From a virus: a stretch of DNA of 64,000 nucleotides. The notes under the pieces are model-generated. The model was not told where the DNA came from and did no database searches. It saw only the letters and a list, made by a program, of their open reading frames with translations. The translations under genes were made by a program, and so were the position numbers. How positions within the stretch are numbered: position 1 is the first letter of the stretch; each line of letters opens with the position of its first letter. Positions 29,175-39,236 of the stretch are shown here, piece by piece. Location: the IMG/VR virus record IMGVR_UViG_3300008111_000005, positions 32,001 to 96,000 of that record. The stretch is one strand, 5' to 3'.

Positions 29175-29527
29175 ATTCCGAGTTCCTTACGAATTTGGGT
29201 TGCACTAATTGATTCAATTTCATCATCCAACTTAATTTGTTCGACTTTATAACCAACATCACGACCATAGTATACACCAGAAATATTTGGCAATTGCCAA
29301 ATGGTATACTTACCTGCGTAATCTTGTTCTAAATCTTCGTGGATTCTAGAAATAACATCTTCGATTGGCAATGGGTCTTTTTCGGTTGTTCCGTGAGTAT
29401 CACGAACGCCGATACATACTTGTCCGGCAATAGACAAAATCTTTTCAAATAGAGCACGATGACCTCTGTGCCAGGGTTGATATCTTCCCACCATAAGTCC
29501 AGTGGGTGCTTTGGGGTTAAACTGCAT
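29171..29527 (-). CDS. HIGH-superfamily nucleotidyltransferase domain
   Basis: GRYQPWHRGH, YGRDVGY, ISATQIR. Confidence 0.8.
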   Translation of the reverse strand: MQFNPKAPTGLMVGRYQPWHRGHRALFEKILSIAGQVCIGVRDTHGTTEKDPLPIEDVISRIHEDLEQDYAGKYTIWQLPNISGVYYGRDVGYKVEQIKLDDEIESISATQIRKELGI

Positions 29528-30179
29528 GTTCACCTCTGTGTTTTTTCTTTAAGGTTTCACTAATTTTTCTTTTCGTTTCTTCCGATACATGTTTTGTTTT
29601 TCGTTGCCCACTTTTCCATGCATCTTTTTGTTTTTTTCGCATCATTTCTTTATTTTTTGGATTGCTCCAAAATTCTTTAATTTTTTCTGATCGTTTTTGT
29701 ATGGTTTCATCACTCTGTTTTTTTCCAGTTAAACTATCAGATATTTTATTTTTCCAATCTTCGGTTCTTCGTAAATTTGCTTCTTTTATTTTTTCACGAG
29801 TTTCCAGTGAATGTTTGTAATTTTTACTCAATCTACTTTTAGTCACTTTTTCAATATGCTCTTTTGTTTTGTATTTCATAGCATATGTTAGATTACCAGT
29901 TCCAAAACACCCTTCATTCAGCCAATTTGTGTTATGTATTAAATTACATTTCTTTATTAATTTTTGTTCCCACGCAAATGCTTCTTCTGGGGTATCAAAT
30001 AGTTTTCTAACCTCTGCTATAAAACTATCCTTACCATATGATTTTATTAAATCTTTTACTATTTTAGAACTTGAAAAATAAGTAATCCATAAATTTTCTG
30101 GATGTGAGTTTTTACCGTATTTTACACCATAGTATCGTTTTCCAGTGGGTATGTGAGTTAATAAATAAGTATAAGCCAT
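29517..30179 (-). mobile_element. Free-standing GIY-YIG-like homing endonuclease with NUMOD3-type repeats
   Basis: YTYL......KRYYG, A..WE, WLN; repeats HSLETREKI, QSDETIQKRS, VSEETKRKIS. Confidence 0.8.
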
Positions 30180-30254
30180 GTGTATCTCCAAAAATACCAT
30201 ATACTTATACTTATCATTAAGCCTCTCAAAAACACCGATTTTTACAAAAAATCA

Positions 30255-30692
30255 TTAACACTGTTGATGCTTTAGAATTAAATTGCATATTCTCTGTGCC
30301 TCTTCCTCTACGGGATTAAATTGTGTAATACGATCGTTATATTCGTTATCAGTAGGTACTTGCCACACTTTGTTAGTATCTTCAAACCGACCCTCTGTAA
30401 TAGTGTCCATCCATACTGCAAAGTGTGGTTCGTAGATAGCACGGAGTTCTGCGGTTGGGGCCACGAAATCAGATACTACATATTGCACCCGACCCTCTTC
30501 CAAAATATTGTCGGACATGGTTCTCATACGAAGTGCTTGTCGTGCTCGTCCGGCAGGACTAAAATCCCAATCTTCAAATGCTTTACGGATGGCGTCTGCG
30601 TTCAGATGACCTGCGTTTGGAAGTAACTTAACCAACTCTTGTGCTAATGTAGTTTTTCCAGAACCAGGTAAACCAAATAGTAAAATTCTCAT
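30255..30692 (-). CDS. cysC: Adenylylsulfate (APS) kinase-like protein
   Basis: GLPGSGKTT, LNADAIR, DFS..GR.RQA.RM, DFVAP. Confidence 0.75.
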   Translation of the reverse strand: MRILLFGLPGSGKTTLAQELVKLLPNAGHLNADAIRKAFEDWDFSPAGRARQALRMRTMSDNILEEGRVQYVVSDFVAPTAELRAIYEPHFAVWMDTITEGRFEDTNKVWQVPTDNEYNDRITQFNPVEEEAQRICNLILKHQQC

Positions 30693-31075
30693 GACCCCTC
30701 ATCTAATTTAATATGTTTCTTTATTTTTGATTGAACAATTTTCGGATTATTTCTAATGTCATTTTCCCATAAACATAAAAATTTAAATCCCATCTGCTCA
30801 AATTTTTTCTTTCGTTCATTATCACGTTGCCAAATTTCTTCGGCTGTCTTTTTCTTACCTTTATTAAAATAGGAAGAAGTATATTGCTGCGGGTTACAGT
30901 GCCAAAAGTCACCATAACATTCCACGATATATTTTTTATTTACCAAAAAATCAACGGTGTATCTATCCACCGAAACTTGTTCTTCAAAAGGAAGATTAAG
31001 TCTTGTTAATATTGTAGAAACCGTTTGTTCAATTTTATTACTTGTACACTTAGTTTCTTTTTTCTTACGACTCAT
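30689..31075 (-). CDS. Vsr/DUF559-like endonuclease
   Basis: VDF, VECYGDFWH, D..R, LWE.D. Confidence 0.75.
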   Translation of the reverse strand: MSRKKKETKCTSNKIEQTVSTILTRLNLPFEEQVSVDRYTVDFLVNKKYIVECYGDFWHCNPQQYTSSYFNKGKKKTAEEIWQRDNERKKKFEQMGFKFLCLWENDIRNNPKIVQSKIKKHIKLDEGS

Positions 31076-31644
31076 AAGTTATATTGTGTATTGAAACTCA
31101 ACGTAATTCTCATATTGGTTTTATTTGGTGGAACGTAATGTTGAACCCAACTTGGAAATAATACTAACTGTCCTGTTTTCGACTCCACGTTTTCTATATT
31201 AGATGTATACATACCAGGTGCATCTTTTCTTGTATGCTGTACGTCCAACATTCTAAATCCTTCCGTTGCACTTACAAATGTAATTGGTGCGCTTCCTTCG
31301 TCCACATAAGGATAATATGCTCCACTAATTACACTATCATAATGTCTATGAACACCAACAGAACCATTCATACTTAGAATATTCATCCAGCTTTCATAAA
31401 TATAACTGGTGTGAATTCCAATTCTATTTGAGTACTCGTCAATACACTCTTGGAATTTATTGTATAATGGTTTTAGTGCGGGTATCTTACTTGGGTCTGC
31501 GTCACCACGAATTCCATCTACTAAACTATTCGTTGTGTATCCAATATTTTGTAATGCGTGGTTTACATCATCGGTGACGAAATCCGATAAATTAAAAATT
31601 GCTACTGGTGTGGAAAATAACCATAGAGTATTTATTTCTGTCAT
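31072..31644 (-). CDS. 2OG-Fe(II) oxygenase (TIGR02466-like)
   Basis: WMN, HRH, ISGAYY, LFPSW..H.V, RITLSFN. Confidence 0.8.
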   Translation of the reverse strand: MTEINTLWLFSTPVAIFNLSDFVTDDVNHALQNIGYTTNSLVDGIRGDADPSKIPALKPLYNKFQECIDEYSNRIGIHTSYIYESWMNILSMNGSVGVHRHYDSVISGAYYPYVDEGSAPITFVSATEGFRMLDVQHTRKDAPGMYTSNIENVESKTGQLVLFPSWVQHYVPPNKTNMRITLSFNTQYNL

Positions 31645-31653
31645 ATAGATTTC

Positions 31654-32004
31654 TTATGCGGAAAAACTACTTCCACATCCACATTTAGCAGTAGCGTTTG
31701 GATTTTTAAAGGTAAACCCAGATCCCATCATGTCTATGACATAATGAACCAATGTACCATTTAAGTAAGAGCTGGAAAAGGGGTCTATGACAATCTTCAA
31801 TCCATTTTCCTGCTCTACAACAACATCATCCTCTTCTGGATTATCAATGATATTGAAGTTATACTTAAATCCCGAACAACCACCAGGTAATACCGAAATA
31901 CGGAAATATTCACTATTTTCCGCTTCGGAAAACTTTTTCATTTCACCCAATGCCGCGTTGGTGAAGGTAATACTAAAATCAGCCGCCTGTTGAACCGAAT
32001 CCAT
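31654..32004 (-). CDS. iscA: A-type Fe-S carrier (IscA/SufA/ErpA, HesB family)
   Basis: GGCSGFKY, F.NPNA..KCGCGSSF. Confidence 0.9.
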   Translation of the reverse strand: MDSVQQAADFSITFTNAALGEMKKFSEAENSEYFRISVLPGGCSGFKYNFNIIDNPEEDDVVVEQENGLKIVIDPFSSSYLNGTLVHYVIDMMGSGFTFKNPNATAKCGCGSSFSA

Positions 32005-32398
32005 TGCTCCCCCTTCCATCTTCCGATGTGAGTTCAGTAACCTCTTCTACTGCAAAATCCACTGTTGGTATTAAGATTAGTTGTGCAATCTTGTCACCAA
32101 TGTAAACTGTCTTAATATCTGGTCCACCGTTGTGTAATGCTACCTGAATTTCACCTGTATATCCGTTATCAATTATACCCGCTACTACAAATAATTTTTT
32201 CTTCGTAGCGATGGAAGAACGATCACGAATAATACCACCATACCCAGCGGGAAATCCTATAGCGATACCGGTCTTTACCAATAATGTTTCATCTGGATAT
32301 ATTGAGACTTGTGCATTGGCGTATAAATCATACCCCAAATCTCCAGCGTGTGCTTTTGATGGGAGTATAGCCGTGTCATATAATCTTTGTACTTTCAA
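31979..32398 (-). CDS. dut: Trimeric dUTPase
   Basis: GYDL, RSS, GIIDNGYTGE, IAQL, RGSNGFGSTG. Confidence 0.95.
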   Translation of the reverse strand: MKVQRLYDTAILPSKAHAGDLGYDLYANAQVSIYPDETLLVKTGIAIGFPAGYGGIIRDRSSIATKKKLFVVAGIIDNGYTGEIQVALHNGGPDIKTVYIGDKIAQLILIPTVDFAVEEVTELTSEDGRGSNGFGSTGG

Positions 32399-32427
32399 GT
32401 TAGTGCTCCTGATATAATTAGTTTTAA

Positions 32428-32706
32428 TTATTTGTCAAATTTACCATTTATAACATCATTAATTAATTCGGTATATCCAGCTTTTGAATTTGCACCTGTT
32501 AACGATACAACATCAATATCATTTTTAAAGATAATAATTGTTGGAACTGATCGAACTTTATACTGCGTTGCCAAATCAGGACTTGCATCAACATCAACTG
32601 TTTCAAATGTAACTGCTGGCATTTCTTCCTGCAATTGCTTAAAAATAGGAGCAATCATTTTACACGGCGCACACCACGGTGCGGTAAATCTCATTACTTT
32701 AATCAT
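32428..32706 (-). CDS. trxA: Thioredoxin
   Basis: WCAPC, VPT. Confidence 0.92.
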   Translation of the reverse strand: MIKVMRFTAPWCAPCKMIAPIFKQLQEEMPAVTFETVDVDASPDLATQYKVRSVPTIIIFKNDIDVVSLTGANSKAGYTELINDVINGKFDK

Positions 32707-32715
32707 ATTAACCTC

Positions 32716-35700
32716 TTAAAAATTAATTCGGATACCTGCTTGCATTTGCCAACGTGATAACAAATCATCGTACTGATATGTTTTTACGGTTGGGTCGAAA
32801 CTATACGTAGGTGTTCCACCCACTGCGCGTCCAGAACGGTATTGTAACGGATATACGTTTTGGTTATTGAGATTAGGAACGAAATACGACCTGCCCCACG
32901 AATCATTCAGTAAATTACCAATATTCGCTATATCAAATGTATACTGCATTCTACCATGCGTTTCTGTTACACGAACATCTACTCTATGGTTCCACGGTGT
33001 TCTTCCACCATTACGTTCCGTGTACTGTCCTCGACGACTGTTTAAATATACATCATTTGATATAAACTTGTCAAGGTCTGCCCAGATTTGTGCTTCCGTT
33101 CGTGTATCGGTTTGTCCAGTAGGTCGTGCTGAAGGGACCAATTTAATTTCCGAGGCGTTTCGTGGTACATATAATAAGTCATTATGACTGGACCCATCTC
33201 CATTCAAATCACCCGAATACACATATGAGAACGGTGAACCAGATGCTCCTGTATACACTGCGGAAATTACGGTATTCTTTTTTACATTCCACGAGGCGTT
33301 AGACACGATTCTATGACGAACATCATAGTTGGACCATGTTAATTCATATTCATTAGCTTTCACTAATTGATTATATTCTACGTGCGATTGAAATGAGTTA
33401 CGTTGACCATTGGCCAAATCCTTTGCTTGACCATAGCTATACGCTGTCATCATATCCCACCGATTCCACTTTTTACTAAGATTTGCTGTTAAATTATACC
33501 GATATCCTAGATTGGTATTTTGTAATGCAAACACCGATGTGTAGGGATTTGTTGCCGTTGTGGACAATCGCGTTGAGGTGTATACAGGACGAGTATCAGC
33601 TCCTCCCAAATTACCCGCAGCTCCAGGTAATCCCACATTGGTGAATAAAATATCATTCAATGTTTTTGTATAGGTTCCATCTAACACCAACAATGCATCA
33701 CCAGGAAGTTTAATATCCAATGCCAAATTTCCACGTACCATTTGTGGTTGTACATATTTGTCCGTGATGATGTTCATTTCATAGTTGGTTGTACTACTCA
33801 CGGAACGTTGACGTAGTGGGTCAACAATTAAAGGAACTGTGGTTGTTGGTCGGGCATCCACATTTCCTACCACCAAACCATTATGAATGAAGGGGTAAGC
33901 AAACCATGCGAATGGCATACGTCCTTGGAACAATCCTGCACCACCACGAACAGTAACTTTATTTGTTTCCCAAATGAATCCCGCACGAGGCGCAATCATT
34001 AATGACGTACCATAATTGTTAGTAAACTTGGTATATGGTTGTGTCCCGTCCGTTAATGTTAGATTGGTAAACTCTGTCGCCTGTGTTGGTGTATCAATGA
34101 TGTTCCAATCCGCACGAATGCCCAGACTTACTTTCAATCTGTCGGTTAGTGTAATTTCATCTTGCAGATACACGCTTGGTACTGCGATATTGAAATTCGC
34201 TCCAGGATTATTCAATACATAATCTAAACTGTTATCCGTTAAATCAAAAGTGGAACGAATACGATTAGGTCTGTTAGCAAAGAATGATGCAATGTTTGAA
34301 TATTGCCAACGTCCCGCATATCCATTCACGAATGTGTACTGGACATTATAGAATTCATTGTGTGTACCCAAAGTAACTGTATGATTGTTCTTGGACCAGA
34401 TTAAATTATCTGTGAGTTCAAACGTGCTAGTTCGGGTACGATACACCACGCCTTCACGATCTGCGCCAGCATTAATTTGTCCAAATTGAATATCTTGGAT
34501 TTCAATCTGTGGTGCGTATTCTGAACCGTAAGGGTCACGATGGTCATTTACCAACGAATATCCTGCTAGTAAACTATTGGACACACCCACACCTAATTGT
34601 GATTTCAACTCTGCTACTGTGCTCAATGTTCTACTGATGTGATTGAAATCTTGTGAGGCAAGTTTATTTAATGCTTGACCACGTTCTAAATTACCTGCCG
34701 ATGCATTAACAAAATTACTTCGAACTGTGAGAATGGAATTACCAACGTTCCAATCTAACCGCCCGAAGTATTTTTCACTATTTGCCTGAATGTTGTATGC
34801 TCCAATCGTACCAGGATCAAAGTTTGATATACCTGATTTTGCTGCAAATGAAATTAAACTATCTTGAATTTGTTGTGCAATTTCTTTACTTAACAATGCA
34901 CCTTGACTTCCTGGTGCGAATAGCACAGGGTCCGTTCTACGAGAAATTTCCGTATTGAAGAAATAGAACAATTTATCTTTGATTACAGGACCACCAATAC
35001 GACCGCCGAATTGATATTCATTGAATGATGATGGAATATCACCCGACAATCCATTTCCCACCAATTGCGGTGCTCTTCCAAAACTATAAATTGATCCTTC
35101 TTGTTTGTTTGTTCCCGAACGAGTCACCGCATTAACACTACCGCCTGTGAAGTTACCAATCTTTACATCATATGGAGCAATAGCAACAGACACTTGTTCG
35201 ATAGCATCTAATGAAATAGGTTGGGTACGTGATAGTGAACCTGGGGTTCCAGTAGGTACAGATGCAGTAGATTGACCAGATGACTGACTAAATCCGAATG
35301 CATCATTAGATGCTGCACCATCAATAGTTAAGTTGTTATACCGATAATTGGAACCTGCAAATGACACACCATTACCTTGTGGTGTCATTCTGGTCATATC
35401 CTGCAAACTACGACCCAACGTTGGTAATACTTCCAACTTATCTCTATTTAACTGTGCAGTCACCCCATCTTTTCTTGCCTGCGCCGCTACATCGGAAACA
35501 ACTTGTACACCCTCTAACTGTACAACAATCTTATCTAAAATAATTTCTTTATTAGTTGTTCTACCCAACTCAACGGAAATATCGCCCAAAGACTTTGGAC
35601 GATATCCCAATGAAGTTATAGAAATAACATAAGGACTTCCTGGTTTCAGGTTAGTAATACTAAACTTACCGTATTCATTTGTACGTGTCATCACCTTTTG

Positions 35701-35856
35701 TGATGTTGGAACAAATGTGACTGTAACCGTTGCATTACTAATAACATTACCAGTATTATCTTTTGTTATACCGCTTAAAGTTCCACTCGTAACCTGTGCG
35801 AAGGATGCGTTGGCGCACAATACTGTCAGCGCAAGAATGCTCTTCAAAAATCTCAT
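32716..35856 (-). CDS. TonB-dependent outer-membrane receptor (Oar-like, N-terminal carboxypeptidase-regulatory-like domain)
   Basis: Signal peptide MRFLKSILALTVLCANASFA; plug NNLTIDG...QPISLDAI...GNFTGGSVNAVTRSG; beta-barrel ending QAGIRINF. Confidence 0.88.
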   Translation of the reverse strand: MRFLKSILALTVLCANASFAQVTSGTLSGITKDNTGNVISNATVTVTFVPTSQKVMTRTNEYGKFSITNLKPGSPYVISITSLGYRPKSLGDISVELGRTTNKEIILDKIVVQLEGVQVVSDVAAQARKDGVTAQLNRDKLEVLPTLGRSLQDMTRMTPQGNGVSFAGSNYRYNNLTIDGAASNDAFGFSQSSGQSTASVPTGTPGSLSRTQPISLDAIEQVSVAIAPYDVKIGNFTGGSVNAVTRSGTNKQEGSIYSFGRAPQLVGNGLSGDIPSSFNEYQFGGRIGGPVIKDKLFYFFNTEISRRTDPVLFAPGSQGALLSKEIAQQIQDSLISFAAKSGISNFDPGTIGAYNIQANSEKYFGRLDWNVGNSILTVRSNFVNASAGNLERGQALNKLASQDFNHISRTLSTVAELKSQLGVGVSNSLLAGYSLVNDHRDPYGSEYAPQIEIQDIQFGQINAGADREGVVYRTRTSTFELTDNLIWSKNNHTVTLGTHNEFYNVQYTFVNGYAGRWQYSNIASFFANRPNRIRSTFDLTDNSLDYVLNNPGANFNIAVPSVYLQDEITLTDRLKVSLGIRADWNIIDTPTQATEFTNLTLTDGTQPYTKFTNNYGTSLMIAPRAGFIWETNKVTVRGGAGLFQGRMPFAWFAYPFIHNGLVVGNVDARPTTTVPLIVDPLRQRSVSSTTNYEMNIITDKYVQPQMVRGNLALDIKLPGDALLVLDGTYTKTLNDILFTNVGLPGAAGNLGGADTRPVYTSTRLSTTATNPYTSVFALQNTNLGYRYNLTANLSKKWNRWDMMTAYSYGQAKDLANGQRNSFQSHVEYNQLVKANEYELTWSNYDVRHRIVSNASWNVKKNTVISAVYTGASGSPFSYVYSGDLNGDGSSHNDLLYVPRNASEIKLVPSARPTGQTDTRTEAQIWADLDKFISNDVYLNSRRGQYTERNGGRTPWNHRVDVRVTETHGRMQYTFDIANIGNLLNDSWGRSYFVPNLNNQNVYPLQYRSGRAVGGTPTYSFDPTVKTYQYDDLLSRWQMQAGIRINF

Positions 35857-35896
35857 AAATCTCCGATGTATGGGTAATATAACCCGTTATTGTTTA

Positions 35897-37747
35897 TCAA
35901 ACAACTTCACAGGCACCACCACCACATGCTACCTCGCCAGACAGATTAGTACCATCTACGAATTCTACTACATCGTCTAGGTTGATATCGTGTAAATGCC
36001 CAATAAGTTCATTATAGGTTTCTTCGTTTACATCTTCGAATGGTGCTTGAATATATGAGTGGTCGGAATACGGGAGTACTGACAATGCTGTGAAGTTCTC
36101 ACGGTTTTCCCACATCCACTCACCCACTTCTTGCCATTCACCATCCTTAATAGACACGGTAACGGATACATTATTCTTATTTGCACCCTTACGATGACCT
36201 GGCTTCACCCATTCCTTCCATACCTTAGATACACGCTTCAACAAATCCAATGCGGATTCCTGACGAGTGACCGCGCCTTCGGGTGCCTTTTGTGGCACTT
36301 CAATGACAGCTTGAAGATTTGGTTTAAAATACTCGTCTGTAATTAATTCTGGGTGATTAATTTTTAGATAGCTATAGATACTTTCATTCTTTCCAACACG
36401 GATACGACGAATGTAGTGCTTGTTATGCCAAGCGTGGATACCACTACTCGTACCCAAAACGAGGGACGATGTGCCTTCCGGCTTCACGGTTGTGCAACGG
36501 GCCGCTGGCATCGTACCAATTATGGACGATACACGTGCATTCTCTTCCTTTACCATATTTGCAGCTTCCTTCATGTCGAGTTTCAACACTCCACCCGATG
36601 CGATTCCAGTCATACTCACGCCGATTAACGCTTCCTTCTCCGTGGTTCTCTTCCATATATCTCTCAAATAGTGAAAATCTGTGTACGATGCTTGTAAAGT
36701 GCCAATAAATGCTGCTGCCTTTGCACGCGCATTCAAATCATCTTGATCAACAACATCACCAGCATGAATAGTGGTAAGATTACAGAATTGGAAAGGACGA
36801 AGTGAAATTTCTGCACACGGGTTCATGCCCCAATCCTTGTCATTTGTAAAGAAGAATCCAGGTTCACCAGAACCAGAGAGTTCAATCTTCTTCCACAATT
36901 CAAAGAATGTTTCTTCTTCAACCTTTGAACGAACAATAACTGCGGAATTATTTGCACGACCACGTTGTGGATTATTTTCCCACCAGTTGCCGAACTTACA
37001 AGTCAACATATCATCATCGTCAATGTCGAACAACGAAATCATAGCGGAACGACGAATTCCACCAGCAAGTACAGCGTCAGCAATATAGCATAGAATATCG
37101 TGGACTTCAATTGTGGTGAGCTTTTCACCATTTTGCTTACGGTCAAGAACTTTTTGAACATTATGTAAACAATCCTTTAATGGTTCTGGTCCTGGTGCCT
37201 TGCCACCGGAAGTGATAAGTTGTGCACCCTTTGGACGAATATCGGAAAAATCATATACTGGTAATGCCTTGCCCTTCATATACGCAGTAATCATTACCTT
37301 CACTGCATCTGCCCAACCTTCAATACTATCACCGACGAGATAACGACGGGACTTGGTGGGCTTATTAATTTCTGGGAGTTGCTCAATGTGATGACGTTGG
37401 ACAGAATATCCTACACCTGTTCCAGACAACAACAGGAACATTACTTCACTGAATGCGTCTACATTATCAATTGGTAAAAAGCAGCAATTGTATAAACGTG
37501 CATTGTTAATAGCAATTGGCTTACCAGCGAATTGTAAACTACGCATGGATGGAAGAATCTTTTTATCGTAAACAAATTTATAGGCGCTTTCTATTTCATC
37601 CTTTAAGTTTGGATACTTCTCCAAATGCATTTCTTTATTTCTATCAACTAATTCTTTCCAGTTTTCTCTACGTTGTAGTTCTGGATTATATTTTGCATAC
37701 TTCATAAACACTGTAATATCACTTAAAATCTTTGCTTCAATCTGCAT
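35897..37747 (-). CDS. nrdJ: Class II (adenosylcobalamin) ribonucleotide reductase
   Basis: PSMR, NCC, GTGVG, RRSA, NPCAEI, TTVKPEGT, C-terminal CGGGAC; no NrdB gene in the window. Confidence 0.9.
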   Translation of the reverse strand: MQIEAKILSDITVFMKYAKYNPELQRRENWKELVDRNKEMHLEKYPNLKDEIESAYKFVYDKKILPSMRSLQFAGKPIAINNARLYNCCFLPIDNVDAFSEVMFLLLSGTGVGYSVQRHHIEQLPEINKPTKSRRYLVGDSIEGWADAVKVMITAYMKGKALPVYDFSDIRPKGAQLITSGGKAPGPEPLKDCLHNVQKVLDRKQNGEKLTTIEVHDILCYIADAVLAGGIRRSAMISLFDIDDDDMLTCKFGNWWENNPQRGRANNSAVIVRSKVEEETFFELWKKIELSGSGEPGFFFTNDKDWGMNPCAEISLRPFQFCNLTTIHAGDVVDQDDLNARAKAAAFIGTLQASYTDFHYLRDIWKRTTEKEALIGVSMTGIASGGVLKLDMKEAANMVKEENARVSSIIGTMPAARCTTVKPEGTSSLVLGTSSGIHAWHNKHYIRRIRVGKNESIYSYLKINHPELITDEYFKPNLQAVIEVPQKAPEGAVTRQESALDLLKRVSKVWKEWVKPGHRKGANKNNVSVTVSIKDGEWQEVGEWMWENRENFTALSVLPYSDHSYIQAPFEDVNEETYNELIGHLHDINLDDVVEFVDGTNLSGEVACGGGACEVV

Positions 37748-37829
37748 TTGCTTACTCCAAACTTACTCTATGTTAAATGGTTATGGTAAAATAAATAGGT
37801 TGCTTCTGTCTGAAAAAATTATATGTTAC

Positions 37830-39236
37830 TTAATCATCCAAACTTTCTAGTCCACTCATTTCTGCTAGCTTTTTTCTCAAATTACTTCGTTCATCATTTG
37901 CTTGATTATCCATTTGTTTTTTCAAAAGGATACCCTTTGTGGACTTCTCATCATAAATATTGATTTGACCGATACTTGTATCCATTACGACAGGGAAAGT
38001 TTGTCCGTCTGCGCCAAATCTATTTTTAATGATATGGGCACGTCCTGTCTTATTGACTTTATCCTCTAACTTTCTGCTCAGAGAAATAACCAAGTCTGCC
38101 GTCATAATCTTATTATAACTTTCGGAAATCTTATCTGCTTGAATTACATCGTCTTGAATAGAACTTCTCTGCGTCTGCGAAGCAGTCCAACACGGAATAT
38201 TCAATTCTCCAGCGATACCACGAAGTTCTTCGTAAATTGCACCAAGTTCTTGATACCGTGCATCTACTCGTTCTGCTGACCTCAATAGGTCTGCGTAGTC
38301 AACCAACATAATATCTGGTTTATATCCCAATGCAGTTAACTGTTGCACGTGTGCCATTAGTGTATTACACGTTGCACTTCGAGCAGGATAATACTTAATA
38401 ATTAATTGTCCGTTAATCTGTGACACCACATCTTTGACTGTATCAACGTTATCTGGAATCTTACCAGGTTCAATACCAGTGAAAATAGTATCATAACGAA
38501 TACCGACATAATTTTCATTTAGTTCAAGTGTGTAATGAACAACACGTTTTCCTTTCTTCAATGCGTTTGCACCGATGGTAGACAATGCCCAACTCTTACC
38601 AATACCCGATGGAGCAGCGATAACACCAAGTTCACCACCACCCAATCCACCACCAGTAATTGCATCAATTACGTCCCAACCAGTTGCCACAGTATCACGA
38701 GAAATGCGAGCCAAACGACCCTCAATATCTTCTGACCAGTTTAGACCGATTTCCTTTGGTTGACCACTACGAAGGGCATTATCAACTACGGTTTTAATTG
38801 CATTATAGTCGCCACTTTGCAATAAATCTACCGATTTAATAATTGCTGATTTAAGTGATTGGTTACGAGCGAAATCAAGAAACTTATCACGAACATATTG
38901 TGCATCGCTGTCTGTAACCTTGGTGACAACCTTTCTGAGCAGTTCGATAGTTCCCGCACGAAGAGAATCATCACTCTCGTGCGATAGTTCGATCTTAAAA
39001 TATTCTAATGTTGGTAAAGTGCGGTATTCGTTGTAATATGTTAATGTTTTCTTCGCAAGCCATTTACCGGAATCACTGTCAAAGAAGTATGGATTGATGA
39101 CATCAAACGATTGCTCTAAAAAGTCAGGAGCTGAAATAATAGATGCTAATACTTTTGTTTGGAATTCAATTCCATACTTTGAAAGATTGTCTACATTACT
39201 ATCATAGTTTTGTGGTGCTGCTACTATTGGAACCAT
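37830..39236 (-). CDS. Replicative helicase (T4 gp41/DnaB-like)
   Basis: APSGIGKS, TLEL, VDYADL, TASQ, KNRFG. Confidence 0.92.
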   Translation of the reverse strand: MVPIVAAPQNYDSNVDNLSKYGIEFQTKVLASIISAPDFLEQSFDVINPYFFDSDSGKWLAKKTLTYYNEYRTLPTLEYFKIELSHESDDSLRAGTIELLRKVVTKVTDSDAQYVRDKFLDFARNQSLKSAIIKSVDLLQSGDYNAIKTVVDNALRSGQPKEIGLNWSEDIEGRLARISRDTVATGWDVIDAITGGGLGGGELGVIAAPSGIGKSWALSTIGANALKKGKRVVHYTLELNENYVGIRYDTIFTGIEPGKIPDNVDTVKDVVSQINGQLIIKYYPARSATCNTLMAHVQQLTALGYKPDIMLVDYADLLRSAERVDARYQELGAIYEELRGIAGELNIPCWTASQTQRSSIQDDVIQADKISESYNKIMTADLVISLSRKLEDKVNKTGRAHIIKNRFGADGQTFPVVMDTSIGQINIYDEKSTKGILLKKQMDNQANDERSNLRKKLAEMSGLESLDD

